DNA of 64,000 nucleotides from Histomonas meleagridis 2922-C6/04-290x (lineage: Eukaryota > Protista > Parabasalia), in assembly GCA_020184695.1 (NCBI GenBank), contig JAANOX010000113.1:1-64000 (forward strand), given 5' to 3'. The notes below the pieces were generated by a model. The model was not told where the DNA came from and made no database searches. It saw nothing but the letters and a program-made list of their open reading frames with translations. The translations under genes were made by a program, and so were the position numbers. This document shows positions 44,301 to 54,070 of this stretch, piece after piece (positions within the stretch are counted from its first letter, which is position 1; the number at the start of each line of letters is the position of its first letter).

Positions 44301-44508
44301 CCATTATTTTATATAATCTTAAGTTTGTGTTTGGAATTGGAAAACTTAAAAGAACAAGGTAATTATCTGGAATTTTCATCTTTTGTGAATACATTAAATA
44401 ACTTATAATTTCTGCACTAGTTGATGTAGGCGGGATTTTAGTTTCGACTATAGGTTGATTAGTTTTAAATACTGAAGCTTTGATATCGAGCGTTTCTTTG
44501 CCGCTCAT
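41350..44508 (-). CDS. Large hypothetical protein, possible FERM-like head plus helical rod (talin-like layout)
   Basis: 1052-aa ORF. IHFNYIQAK, KKLFISTCMKNPFFGSLQF and LIFTEKKIYL resemble FERM central/PH lobes; C-terminal half looks alpha-helical. Judged by eye. Confidence 0.45.
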   Translation of the reverse strand: MSGKETLDIKASVFKTNQPIVETKIPPTSTSAEIISYLMYSQKMKIPDNYLVLLSFPIPNTNLRLYKIMESGMKISKYISHFKSFEIILYPPTLCVKIYSPDESFISVEFPSNLPTSKIIEKVCNESYHLEDSLCYSMYPPKKLLIDPIPQNKSIIEVDPCMENLYIIRRFWLESVNNLTRESDIHFNYIQAKKIVYDKHFLYKYFDVCDLIAIALMVEYKTKEAVKSVIKKSKGKGEAFFPKYVINDKSKKLKKKILSSLKNYKNKTQTELKKLFISTCMKNPFFGSLQFPVNCKIPGNETTSEHSLIFTEKKIYLTKPNTYDVEFEINLECVMKYKQISNEILRFTLNSKPKEKKIQVIELDINSKFNVQILEHFTSLANAIKKHRLEKEKKGKVVTHSHHVHSKLSKCTSISNLLMSRSPILNETSDLSSIMISTTAPIESEKIILNKIEAPKQQIVTEVDLSSMFALNEEINSDFIDTTNSNINSFITPEKHEYVLDSDMIQNGCNLIQRIITQESINPTYEVRTFIKNSLHKSKLIQKVIDNYIDNSYNSLIDCISYVSISLVLLFNEELSPLDGFATINYIRSIVLQFALQEWKDVDFLTQASSIDPMLSSLLLSYQFLMKDVNLPLSTILFEVFSAKYFESIPLLRLNESILLSLLCCSICIAKSFIDANIEVNVLKPIIDKLPKLITFDIILAYSLSTELKQITKKIQNDNSLRQKLLTLPHVSRIEISSIINCVDQLYNLTRFQISPISSLIKTFSPRFKVVPEFPKDLNEIINLYHISKDASFLLLAMNNTIYESLSNSLSFRASTFYNLFIEAFLDNNVNNNNDVLDAYKKFAEPLNEAIKIIAQNQNLFSFLNIKTDVVHYVIKLLLSSSEDTKIILSLLALESLSEKQRCNWIRNTENQIDQSIKNNDDKMNDNDKQKLSDCFRVFTIDILIQTKFHKNAVKIIEKLIETGKILLSILNGGLKSEERRQKSTQLRNLLKTILPVAYGEIDAVESFLQCDGKTTTIQSYKCNMIIKKPDVSISQDVLSKLAMTLQQFKRN

Positions 44509-45367
44509 TAATCAACAGATACAATTGTATGAAAACCGAAAAACATAATCAAAATTGAATGAAGGAAGATTCACACCATTTTTAGGTAAAAAATTGTTTC
44601 ATTCATGTTTGATCTTAAAAATTCAACAATATTTACAACAATGACTATTTTAAAACTTTAAACCTCGGAATAATTATTCATTAAAATTTTAATGACACAT
44701 CTCAATAATTTTAATATTATGATTTGAAGAAGGAAAATCATACTTTTAGCTTTAATAATTTAAGGTTTGTTATATTAATATGTTAAAAAATTAATAGAAA
44801 TTTTAATTAAAATCATGATCATGAATTTTTTTTTATAATAATGTAAGCCGTAATTAAATATGTTAACCCCATTCATGCAAATGATTTCTGTATATTTAGA
44901 AGTTGCTAATCTTAAATATTGGTATTATGATCTTTAATTTCTTTATTATTGAAAAGGTTTTGAAGAACAAAAGAATAAAATATTATCTAAGAATGGTAGA
45001 GACATTTCTTTCTTTACGGATTTGTTTTTATTTATCATAAAAATGATACAATGAATATTGATGAGCAAAAAAAATGCATCATTCTTTACAAAATTATTAT
45101 TTTAGAAGAACGTATTTGCCGACGTATTATGTACATTTTGGAGAAACTTGAGTTTTTTATTTGAGTATATAAAAATTTGATTCTGGGCTACTTCCACAGT
45201 TTTTATTTCAATGTGAAACGATAATTTTTTTCAATGAAACTTTTCACAACAAGGTTTACGATACATGACTTTCTTTCAAAATTGAAGCATTTTGACTGGG
45301 TGGTTAGCATACAAAAAGTGACTTTTTTTTGGGTAAAACAAACGGATTTCATTTTAGTCTTTTCCAA

Positions 45368-48034
45368 ATGTCCGAAGGAAATACCGCTGATCCAGCATCT
45401 TATGATAATCTATCAGATACAGAAATCGATCCTGAAGATCTTTTTAAAGCAGATCCGTTAACTGTTTATCCTGACCTCATTATGGAGAACTTAAAGAAAA
45501 CAAGAAGGAGGGTAGGCGATGTATCACTGGCAAGAATGAATAGAAGAAAGCACAAAGATGAAGTTGATGCCAAGAATAGACACTCTCAACAAGTATCTGC
45601 TCCTCCAATAATTCCAGAAAAGAAACCAGCTCGTGTTCCAATGCCTGGTATGATGCCAATGCCTGGAATGGTTCCCATGCCTGGAATGGGTGCTAGACCT
45701 CCACTTAAAAAGATTCCAGGAATGGCACCAATGCCAGGAATGGGTGGAATGGATTTAAGCAACAACCCTCTTTTCAAGAAAAGAATGGCAAAGAAAGCAG
45801 AAACAGAAGGCGAATCCGAAGAAGCTAAGAAGAAAGCTGAAGAGGAAGAAGCTAAGAAGAAAGCTGAAGAAGAAGAAGCTAAGAAGAAAGCTGAAGAGGA
45901 AGAAGCTAAGAAGAAAGCTGAAGAGGAAGAAGCTAAGAAGAAAGCTGAAGAAGAAGAAGCTAAGAAGAAAGCTGAAGAGGAAGAAGCTAAGAAGAAAGCT
46001 GAAGAAGAAGCCAGACTTAAGGCAGAAGAAGAAGCCAGACTTAAGGCAGAAGAAGAAGCCAGACTTAAGGCAGAAGAAGAAGCCAGACTTAAGGCAGAAG
46101 AAGAAGCACGTCTCAAAGCTGAAGAAGAAGCAAGACTTAAGGCAGAAGAAGAAGCAAGACTTAAGGCAGAAGAAGAAGCACGTCTCAAAGCTGAAGAAGA
46201 AGCAAGACTTAAGGCAGAAGAAGAAGCCAGACTTAAGGCAGAAGAAGAAGCACGTCTCAAAGCTGAAGAAGAAGCAAGACTTAAGGCAGAAGAAGAAGCC
46301 AGACTTAAGGCAGAAGAAGAAGCACGTCTCAAAGCTGAAGAAGAAGCAAGACTTAAGGCAGAAGAAGAAGCAAGACTTAAGGCAGAAGAAGAAGCTAGAC
46401 TTAAGGCAGAAGAAGAAGCTAGACTTAAGGCAGAAGAAGAAGCTAGACTTAAGGCAGAAGAAGAAGCTAGACTTAAGGCAGAAGAAGAAGCAAGACTTAA
46501 GGCAGAAGAAGAAGCACGTCTCAAAGCTGAAGAAGAAGCTAGACTTAAGGCAGAAGAAGAAGCACGTCTCAAAGCTGAAGAAGAAGCAAGACTTAAGGCA
46601 GAAGAAGAAGCTAGACTTAAGGCAGAAGAAGAAGCTAGACTTAAGGCAGAAGAAGAAGCTAGACTTAAGGCAGAAGAAGAAGCTAGACTTAAGGCAGAAG
46701 AAGAAGCAAGACTTAAGGCAGAAGAAGAAGCACGTCTCAAAGCTGAAGAAGAAGCTAGACTTAAGGCAGAAGAAGAAGCACGTCTCAAAGCTGAAGAAGA
46801 AGCAAGACTTAAGGCAGAAGAAGAAGCAAGACTTAAGGCAGAAGAAGAAGCTAGACTTAAGGCAGAAGAAGAAGCCAGAAAGAAGGCTGAGGAAGAAAGA
46901 CTCAAAGCTGAAGAAGAAGCAAGACTCAAAGCTGAAGAAGAAGCAAGACTCAAAGCTGAAGAAGAAGCAAGACTCAAAGCTGAAGAAGAAGCAAGAAAGA
47001 AGGCTGAGGAAGAAAGACTCAAAGCTGAAGAAGAAGCCAGAAAGAAGGCTGAAGAAGAAGCAAGACTCAAAGCTGAAGAAGAAGCCAGAAAGAAGGCTGA
47101 GGAAGAAAGACTCAAAGCTGAAGAAGAAGCAAGAAAGAAGGCTGAAGAAGAAGCAAGACTCAAAGCTGAAGAAGAAGCCAGAAAGAAGGCTGAGGAAGAA
47201 AGACTCAAAGCTGAAGAAGAAGCCAGAAAGAAGGCTGAGGAAGAAAGACTCAAAGCTGAAGAAGAAGCAAGAAAGAAAGCTGAGGAAGAAGAAAGACAAA
47301 GAGAAGAAGAAAGAAGAAGAGCTGAAGAAGAAAGACAAAGAGCAGAAGAAGAGCGCAAAGCCATTGAAGAATCCAGAATCAAAGAGGCAGAAGACGAAGT
47401 CGAAAGAATTAGAAGGGAAGAACAAGAACAACTCACAAGAATCAGCGAAGAAGGTCAAATTGATACCAAATTTATTATTGTTGGCGATTCCAATGTTGGC
47501 AAGACCTCACTCACATCTCGTTTCATCAGCAACAGCTTCACCAAAGCCAGCAACACAGCAGCCTTTGATGTATCAGAGAGGACCATTCTCCATAATGACC
47601 GTCGCGTCAAAGTCAGTGTATGGGACACTGCAGGCCAAGAGTCCTATCAATCACTTGTTCCGAAGTATTATCGTGGTGCGAATGTAGCTATCATTGTGTT
47701 TTCATTTGACCAACGATCATCACTTGAAAATGTACAAAATTGGTACAATGCAATTGTTGAGCAAACGCAAAACCCAATTATCTGTCTCTGTGGTAACAAG
47801 AAGGATATTCCAGAAGATAAGCGCCAAGTGACATCCGATGAAGGAATTGCATTAGCGCAAAGACTTGGAATTGAATATTATGAAACAAGCGCATTCAAAT
47901 GCATTGGAATTGATCCAATGTTTAGATTACTTGCTGGTAAATATGCAGATATGTCTCCACTGGAAAAGACAGAAAAGCAGCCAACGCCAATAGAACCAGT
48001 GCCACAACCACCTCGATCATGGTGCTCCTGCTAA
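45368..48034 (+). CDS. Giant Rab-like GTPase: Pro/Met/Gly-rich segment, long E/K/R repeat helix, C-terminal Rab domain
   Basis: First ATG gives MSEGNTAD; (KAEEEARL)n; [24 protein letters not shown]-terminal CSC. Confidence 0.9.
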   Translation: MSEGNTADPASYDNLSDTEIDPEDLFKADPLTVYPDLIMENLKKTRRRVGDVSLARMNRRKHKDEVDAKNRHSQQVSAPPIIPEKKPARVPMPGMMPMPGMVPMPGMGARPPLKKIPGMAPMPGMGGMDLSNNPLFKKRMAKKAETEGESEEAKKKAEEEEAKKKAEEEEAKKKAEEEEAKKKAEEEEAKKKAEEEEAKKKAEEEEAKKKAEEEARLKAEEEARLKAEEEARLKAEEEARLKAEEEARLKAEEEARLKAEEEARLKAEEEARLKAEEEARLKAEEEARLKAEEEARLKAEEEARLKAEEEARLKAEEEARLKAEEEARLKAEEEARLKAEEEARLKAEEEARLKAEEEARLKAEEEARLKAEEEARLKAEEEARLKAEEEARLKAEEEARLKAEEEARLKAEEEARLKAEEEARLKAEEEARLKAEEEARLKAEEEARLKAEEEARLKAEEEARLKAEEEARLKAEEEARLKAEEEARLKAEEEARLKAEEEARKKAEEERLKAEEEARLKAEEEARLKAEEEARLKAEEEARKKAEEERLKAEEEARKKAEEEARLKAEEEARKKAEEERLKAEEEARKKAEEEARLKAEEEARKKAEEERLKAEEEARKKAEEERLKAEEEARKKAEEEERQREEERRRAEEERQRAEEERKAIEESRIKEAEDEVERIRREEQEQLTRISEEGQIDTKFIIVGDSNVGKTSLTSRFISNSFTKASNTAAFDVSERTILHNDRRVKVSVWDTAGQESYQSLVPKYYRGANVAIIVFSFDQRSSLENVQNWYNAIVEQTQNPIICLCGNKKDIPEDKRQVTSDEGIALAQRLGIEYYETSAFKCIGIDPMFRLLAGKYADMSPLEKTEKQPTPIEPVPQPPRSWCSC
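45824..47290 (+). repeat. Coding minisatellite: 27-bp (AKKKAEEEE) x6, then about 36 24-bp (KAEEEARL) units, then mixed 21/24-bp units
   Basis: Direct inspection of GAAGAAGAAGC(C/A/T)AGACTTAAGGCA and GCACGTCTCAAAGCT variants. Confidence 0.97.
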
Positions 48035-48242
48035 AAGCATGTTTCTCAATTCGTTTTTGATATATTTGTGCTGTTTTCGTTTGTTTTTGTAACACAAGTT
48101 AAAGGACAAATTGCATTGGATAATATGAAATTTAAAATAACTGCGAAACAGAAAATGATGGCGCGCATTGGAGTCGAAATTCTTTGTGTTTTCTCAATAA
48201 GAGCTTTAGAGAGGATGAAATTGGAGGCAATTAATTGAATGT

Positions 48243-48620
48243 TTACTTTTTAATGTATGGAGCCAAAAGTTCATCGATTTGGTTACGAACATCATCTTGT
48301 TGGCCAAGAATATAAATTCCTGTCTTCTTAATAAGAAGAATTTTTTCGTCGCATTTTCCTAAGTCCGTTCTGAGCTTTTCAAGTGTTGTTGGAACAGAAT
48401 CAAGTAAAAATGCTTTACCTACAGAAGAGTATACTGGAACATCCTTGGGAAGTTTTGCTATTTCTTGACGAGTGATGTATTTTGATCTTCTATTTCTTAA
48501 TTCTGTATCAAGTTGAACTGTAGCTCTGTTGATATTTTCAATGCACCGCTCTTCCTCTTGGCGGAACTTGATATATTGATTCATTTGGTCTTCAGGAAGA
48601 CGTATTTGCTGTTCGGCCAT
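48243..48620 (-). CDS. Prefoldin beta-type subunit (subunit 1-like)
   Basis: 125 aa, coiled coil / VYSSVGKAFL hairpin / coiled coil. Confidence 0.8.
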   Translation of the reverse strand: MAEQQIRLPEDQMNQYIKFRQEEERCIENINRATVQLDTELRNRRSKYITRQEIAKLPKDVPVYSSVGKAFLLDSVPTTLEKLRTDLGKCDEKILLIKKTGIYILGQQDDVRNQIDELLAPYIKK

Positions 48621-48681
48621 TTGTATGATATGAGACCGTTAAAAAGGACTTATAAAACCGTTGAAAACAGTATTTTTCATT

Positions 48682-48690
48682 TCACTTTTT
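48682..48690 (+). promoter_or_regulatory. Inr-like TCACTTTTT in a 71-bp divergent intergenic region
   Basis: TCACTTTTT 1 nt before the ATG at 48692; the prefoldin ATG is on the opposite strand at 48620. Confidence 0.65.
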
Positions 48691-48691
48691 A

Positions 48692-49570
48692 ATGAGCTGC
48701 AGCGGAGATTGCGCGAATTGTCCGATGCGAGAAGCATGTGGCACAGGTGGTGTACCTGATGCAATGCGTGAGGCTTTAAAAGATGTTAAGGATTCTATGG
48801 AAAGTGTCCAATATAAGATTTTGGTTTTAAGTGGAAAGGGTGGCGTAGGAAAATCAACTGTTGCTTACCTTGTATCAAAGTTCCTTTCAACTCAATTCTG
48901 TGTTGGAGTAATTGATGCAGATTTGTGTGGCCCATCATTACCAATTTTATTTAACACAACAAATGAAACGCTATGTCAAACTGCGTATGGAATTCAACCA
49001 TGTGCTATAGATGGTAGTAACATTGAACTAATTTCCACTCAATTCTTTTTGAGTAATCGAGATGATGCAATTATCGCAAGAGGTCCAATGAAAAACAGCT
49101 TTATTCTACAATTTCTACGTGATGTCAACTGGGGTGATGCTCAACTCATTGTTGTTGACACTCCACCAGGAACAAGTGATGAACATTTGTCAGTTGTTAG
49201 CTTCATGAGTGAAGCTGGCATTGATGGAGCAATCATTGTAACAACACCTGAAGAAGTTGCAATTGCTGATGTACGTCGTGAGATCCAATTTTGTAAGAAA
49301 TCTGGTGTGAAGATAATCGGCGTCATTGAAAACATGTCAAGTTTCACATGTCCAAAGTGCAACAAAGAAAGCTCAATATATCCAAATACCACTGGAGGAG
49401 CTGAGAAGCTATGCCAGGACGAAAATCTCGTTCTCCTTGGAAAGATACCGATTGATCCATCAATGATAGCTGGTTTGGTTGGTGAGAAGTATCAAATCTC
49501 AAAACCTGTTGCTGACTCAATGAGTGTCATTTGTCAGAAACTTATTGAAGGCTTACCAAAGAAGCAGTGA
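48692..49570 (+). CDS. NBP35: Cytosolic Fe-S cluster assembly ATPase, Nbp35/NUBP1 family
   Basis: N-terminal CSGDCANCPMREAC ferredoxin-like motif, SGKGGVGKST, DADLCGPS, DTPPGTSDEH, ENMSSFTCPKC. Confidence 0.92.
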   Translation: MSCSGDCANCPMREACGTGGVPDAMREALKDVKDSMESVQYKILVLSGKGGVGKSTVAYLVSKFLSTQFCVGVIDADLCGPSLPILFNTTNETLCQTAYGIQPCAIDGSNIELISTQFFLSNRDDAIIARGPMKNSFILQFLRDVNWGDAQLIVVDTPPGTSDEHLSVVSFMSEAGIDGAIIVTTPEEVAIADVRREIQFCKKSGVKIIGVIENMSSFTCPKCNKESSIYPNTTGGAEKLCQDENLVLLGKIPIDPSMIAGLVGEKYQISKPVADSMSVICQKLIEGLPKKQ

Positions 49571-49725
49571 CTTATTTTGTTGAAAATAAACTAAATCATC
49601 TAAATAATGATTTATGCTTCTTTATGTTGATATTTTTGAAATTATTTTTGTATAACTTTTATAGTAAATTTCTGTTTTTGGTGCTTTGGAATTGGACGGT
49701 TTTTAAACGTCAGCCAAGAAAATCA

Positions 49726-51177
49726 ATGGGTTTACTTTTCATCATTTTTTGTAGAAGTGGGGTTTCATTTAAATCATTTGTAGGAAATTGGTCATTCATA
49801 TCCAATAATTTTACAACAAGTTTATCTTATTTCCAAATGGATATACTCTCAAATGATGAAATGAAAGAAATTCTTGGTGAAAACATATCAGACAAATTAA
49901 TAGGTGTCAGAGCTAAATTTAAAGACTCAGCACAGATCAGATTTAGTTTTGATACAATTATTTTTCGTGGTTTTTGCTATAATAATTCATGCTTTGTATA
50001 CACATATTCAAATTATAGCTCCACAACAGAGAAATTGATACAAACTCTTCTGTCTAATTTTACTGTTCCTTATTCTTCCCTTAATACTCATACATTACAT
50101 AAATTAATATTATCATTATTCCCTCCTAATGATCATAAGACGAGACTTTATTCCTTTGGATTTAAGGTATCGCACCGCAATGTTTCCTTCAATGAATATT
50201 ACAGTGGCCGACGAACGTTTAAAGGCACAGCAATACTCAATAACATATATGCGTATGAAATTGTTGGCACAGAATTTGATGTCAATGGGTACAAAACCAA
50301 CACCAAAATCTTTGGTGTATTTTCAGCCATCTGTTTTCTCGCTACATTTTATGGATGGATGTTTCTAATTGGAGGCACCACTCAATCGCAACTTCATAAG
50401 TTGTCAGTTGATTCATTTCTTATGCACATGTCCTTTGATTTCATTTATAGTTTATTCATTATGGAAGTTTCGCTTAAATATGGGATATCGCAAAACGTAA
50501 TTTTAATTTTGTCGATCACAATGATTGGGTTTTATTTCATTGTTCAAATTAATTTCACAACATTTATTTGGAGGTCATCAATTGCTAACGTAGACATCGA
50601 ATTTAATGAAATGCGTGCGCAATTTTTGAACTTCTTGTTTAAGATGGTTTTTGTGTTAATGGCAACACAAATATGTTTCACTTTAATATTTAATTACCCA
50701 TTTATTGTTTTGTTAATTTTATATTCTGGGTATATCCCTCAAATTATACATTCAGCAATAAAGAACACTACGAAATCAATCGATCCAAGATTCGTTATGT
50801 TTACGATGTGGCAGAAATTGTTGATTCTGTTTTACTACTTCATAAACAACGTAAATATTTCTGATACGTACGATGTAACTGCCGGTTTAGTGGTGTTCTT
50901 TTATTACATGTTACAGATTATTATAATGCTCCTTCAAAACGTATTTGGAGGTGCGTTCTTCATTCCGATGAAAGAAAGGCCTGGATACTTCGATTATACA
51001 AGCGGAGTGGTCGAGCCTGGAACAATTTGCTCGATATGCTTGGAGCCAATACAGATGGGCGATAAAACTATGGTAACACCATGCGAACATGCGTTCCATG
51101 AAGAATGCTTACAGAGGTGGATGAACGAGGAGCTGATTTGTCCTGTTTGTAGAGCTACACTACCCGAATTACCATAA
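49726..51177 (+). CDS. Multi-pass membrane RING-H2 E3 ubiquitin ligase (Tul1/DSC-like)
   Basis: First plausible ATG gives MGLLFIIF; several TM segments, YIPQIIHSA, C-terminal CSIC...TPCEHAFHEECL...CPVCR. Confidence 0.85.
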   Translation: MGLLFIIFCRSGVSFKSFVGNWSFISNNFTTSLSYFQMDILSNDEMKEILGENISDKLIGVRAKFKDSAQIRFSFDTIIFRGFCYNNSCFVYTYSNYSSTTEKLIQTLLSNFTVPYSSLNTHTLHKLILSLFPPNDHKTRLYSFGFKVSHRNVSFNEYYSGRRTFKGTAILNNIYAYEIVGTEFDVNGYKTNTKIFGVFSAICFLATFYGWMFLIGGTTQSQLHKLSVDSFLMHMSFDFIYSLFIMEVSLKYGISQNVILILSITMIGFYFIVQINFTTFIWRSSIANVDIEFNEMRAQFLNFLFKMVFVLMATQICFTLIFNYPFIVLLILYSGYIPQIIHSAIKNTTKSIDPRFVMFTMWQKLLILFYYFINNVNISDTYDVTAGLVVFFYYMLQIIIMLLQNVFGGAFFIPMKERPGYFDYTSGVVEPGTICSICLEPIQMGDKTMVTPCEHAFHEECLQRWMNEELICPVCRATLPELP

Positions 51178-52061
51178 TTGGATTCGGATATGAAATATAA
51201 ATGTCGATAATAAAAATAATTGTTATAAACATATTCATTTCTACTTTCTTCTCTTTTTATGTCGACTCTAATTCCAATTTGATGAGTATTGTATTTTGGG
51301 GAAGAACTTGATGTTAATTTATGTACAGTTAAAAAAAACTTTAATAGGGTTACCAAAATTAGTGGAATCGTTACATAGTGGTTTTAATTATTGATTAAGA
51401 AAAATAGCAAGAAAAATCAAAATAATGAAATACATTTGAATATATGTAATTCAATGTGATCACTTTCATTTTGATGCTATGTTTTTAATTGTATTCCACG
51501 TATAAATAAAGAATCTATAGTAAATAAAAATATTAAATTTTTTCTAATACATTTAAAATAATATTATTACACATAGGGCATTATTATTAAAAATATATTT
51601 TATTATTATGATGAATATCTATCTTAAATTGTTATGTTTACTTATCACATATTTTTTCTCGATGTATCGAAGTAGATGACATTATAATTATTATTATTAG
51701 AAATTTTGACACCGAATCAAAAATATTTCACTCTGTGTAGGTAAACTTTTATTAAGTTCCTATTCTCCCATTATCAGTTATATATCATTACTTTGCCATT
51801 TATCACATAATGATTCTATATTGGTTGCTTCTTGCTTAACGGCTAATATTTTGATTTGCCTTAATATACAACAATTTTACAGACATAGAATATTTTATCT
51901 TGAATGTGATGGATTTTATTCAATTCAAATTGTCTTCAAATGTAAAGAACGATATTTCTTTCATTACGACGGTTTAAATGAGTCGGAAATATTGTGCGTA
52001 AGAAAATTGAATTAATCGTTTTAAGACAAACCGCTTTTAAAGTCAGATTCATTTCGTTGAT

Positions 52062-53174
52062 ATGCTTGGCAAGAAAGCAATCATCCTTCAAGATCCTCTC
52101 CAGTCTCTTTCACTCTACATGCTTAGTGCCTTAGGTGATGAGTCTTCAAATGTTGTTGTTTCACCCTATTCTGCATTTGCAACGCTTTTGATGGTTGCCT
52201 CAATTTCCAAAGATTCTACAAGAAAACAAGTTCTTGATACACTTAAGATGGGAGGGGATATTAGTGTTGAAAATTTACTAACATCTCTTCGCAATTTGAT
52301 GCAAACTATTGAAAAAGAAACACCTAATGGAATTGTCCAAGGTGCTAATTCACTTTGGCCCAACAAGAATCTATGTGTTGACATGAGTGTTTATTCACCT
52401 TTGATTGAACATTTGGGCATTGAAATAGTTCCCGTTGAGTTTCCTCAACCTGGATGCGATATAATCAATCAACGTATTGAAGAAATCACGCATGGCCTTA
52501 TCCAAAGGATACTCAATCCTAGTGATATGTCTCAAGATACAGAAACCATTATTACCAATGCCATCTATTTCAACGCCAAATGGAGGAAGCCATTCCAAAG
52601 TAGGAACACGCACGACAACACATTTACACTTCTTAATGGCACTCATAAGACCACCAAATTTATGTTTCAAAAATCGAAATTTTTCTATTGCGAAGATTCC
52701 TCGGCACAAGTTTTATCAATGGATTATGTCAACAACTTCTCCATGGTTGTTATTTTGCCCAAACAAAATGATGCAAATTCCATTCGTGCATTGAAGAGTT
52801 CATTAAGCAGTGGAAAATATCAAACATATGTTGACATGCTCGGTCCAAAAGAAGTTGAAGTTACATTTCCAAAGTTTAAGCACACTTGGGGAACAAAGTC
52901 ATTACGCGAAATGTTCCAAAAGATGGGAATTAACGATTTGTTCGATTCGAGAATTGAGGAAAGATACATTAGCGACATATTACAAAAGGCAGTGATTGAT
53001 GTTGACGAAGAAAGAACTGAAGCAGCCGCTGCAACAGTCGGAATTGTTGCTATGTCAATGTTTATCCCAGAACAGCCAACGCGATTCACGGCTGATCACC
53101 CATTTTTATACTTCGTAACACATAACAATGGAACAATATTGTTCGCTGGCGAATATATTGAACCAGAAGAATGA
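52062..53174 (+). CDS. Serpin
   Basis: NVVVSPYS, ITNAIYFNAKW, SMVVILP, VTFPKF, hinge/RCL EERTEAAAATVGIVAMSM, FTADHPFLYFV. Confidence 0.95.
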   Translation: MLGKKAIILQDPLQSLSLYMLSALGDESSNVVVSPYSAFATLLMVASISKDSTRKQVLDTLKMGGDISVENLLTSLRNLMQTIEKETPNGIVQGANSLWPNKNLCVDMSVYSPLIEHLGIEIVPVEFPQPGCDIINQRIEEITHGLIQRILNPSDMSQDTETIITNAIYFNAKWRKPFQSRNTHDNTFTLLNGTHKTTKFMFQKSKFFYCEDSSAQVLSMDYVNNFSMVVILPKQNDANSIRALKSSLSSGKYQTYVDMLGPKEVEVTFPKFKHTWGTKSLREMFQKMGINDLFDSRIEERYISDILQKAVIDVDEERTEAAAATVGIVAMSMFIPEQPTRFTADHPFLYFVTHNNGTILFAGEYIEPEE

Positions 53175-53731
53175 ATAAAAAAATAACAAAATTCTATTTA
53201 AATATTTATTTGTGTAACTAATGTTTGCTGTGTGTTTACTTTTTGGATTTGATTATGTTACATTGGATATGCTGTCTTTGCTTAGTGATTTAAAGACATT
53301 CATTATGAATTCTGGATGTGACAGAATTTCCACAATTTTTAATTTGGTCATAAACTCTGAGTTTTAATGAAGTGGAATTTTTGGGATTTGCTTTAATCGT
53401 TACACATTTGTAAGTTCATCCTTAATATAAGTTAAATCCTTTGTAGATACATTTTGATATGTTATAATAGAAATTGAAAGTGTCCTTGGTGTTTGTGATG
53501 TAGTCGAAGAAGGCTTAGGAGTGATTATAAATCAGGAGGCATGTCAAATCATTGATTTGAAAATGAGAGAGCTGTTGAACCTTTGCTTAGATTTGCTGCA
53601 TTTGTAAGTCCAGTAAAAACATAAAATCCTATTAATTAATCACTTATATAAATAATTTGTACCAAAAAAATATTATAGTTATGGATTATAATATTTAAAA
53701 ATGTAAACAGTATTTGTTTAAATTTTATTTA

Positions 53732-53736
<5 letters not shown>

Positions 53737-53762
<26 letters not shown>
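53737..53762. repeat. (TA)13 microsatellite
   Basis: 26-bp pure TA run. Confidence 0.95.
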
Positions 53763-54070
53763 GTTGATGTTTCACAAATATTTTAAAAGTTTTATTTACA
53801 TTATCTTTATGAGTTACCTTTAATTTGTTTATACAGTATTAACTTTTGGTAATTATTATTTAATCATTTGAATATAGATGCATTTTTATTTTTATCAAAG
53901 TTATGTCATAACAAATTGCACCTCAGTATGTATATCATTTATTTAGATTACTACCTTTATGCTTTAAATCGTGATTTTTTGTGAAGTCATTTGTCAAATT
54001 TTTCTTTTATGTTTTTTTGACATGATATCACATCACATGTCAGTTACGACGGTTTTAGAAGTTATTAAAA

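Noticed and set aside
45586-47458. Long minus-strand ORFs (616 aa and 567 aa) rich in S/L/A or F/C
   Set aside because: They are antisense shadows of the stop-free KAEEEARL minisatellite.
49567-49725. ORF-track N-terminal extension of the RING gene overlapping the NBP35 stop (similar cases at 7185-7286, 18354-18392, 19987-20022 and 45329-45367)
   Set aside because: They begin at non-ATG codons in AT-rich intergenic or promoter sequence, so the first ATG was used instead.
53200-53640. Moderately GC-balanced intergenic stretch that might be a gene remnant or ncRNA
   Set aside because: No sustained reading frame, recognisable motif or convincing stem was found by inspection.
53737-53762. (TA)13 run as a transposon footprint or regulatory element
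   Set aside because: An ordinary microsatellite with no adjacent TIRs.
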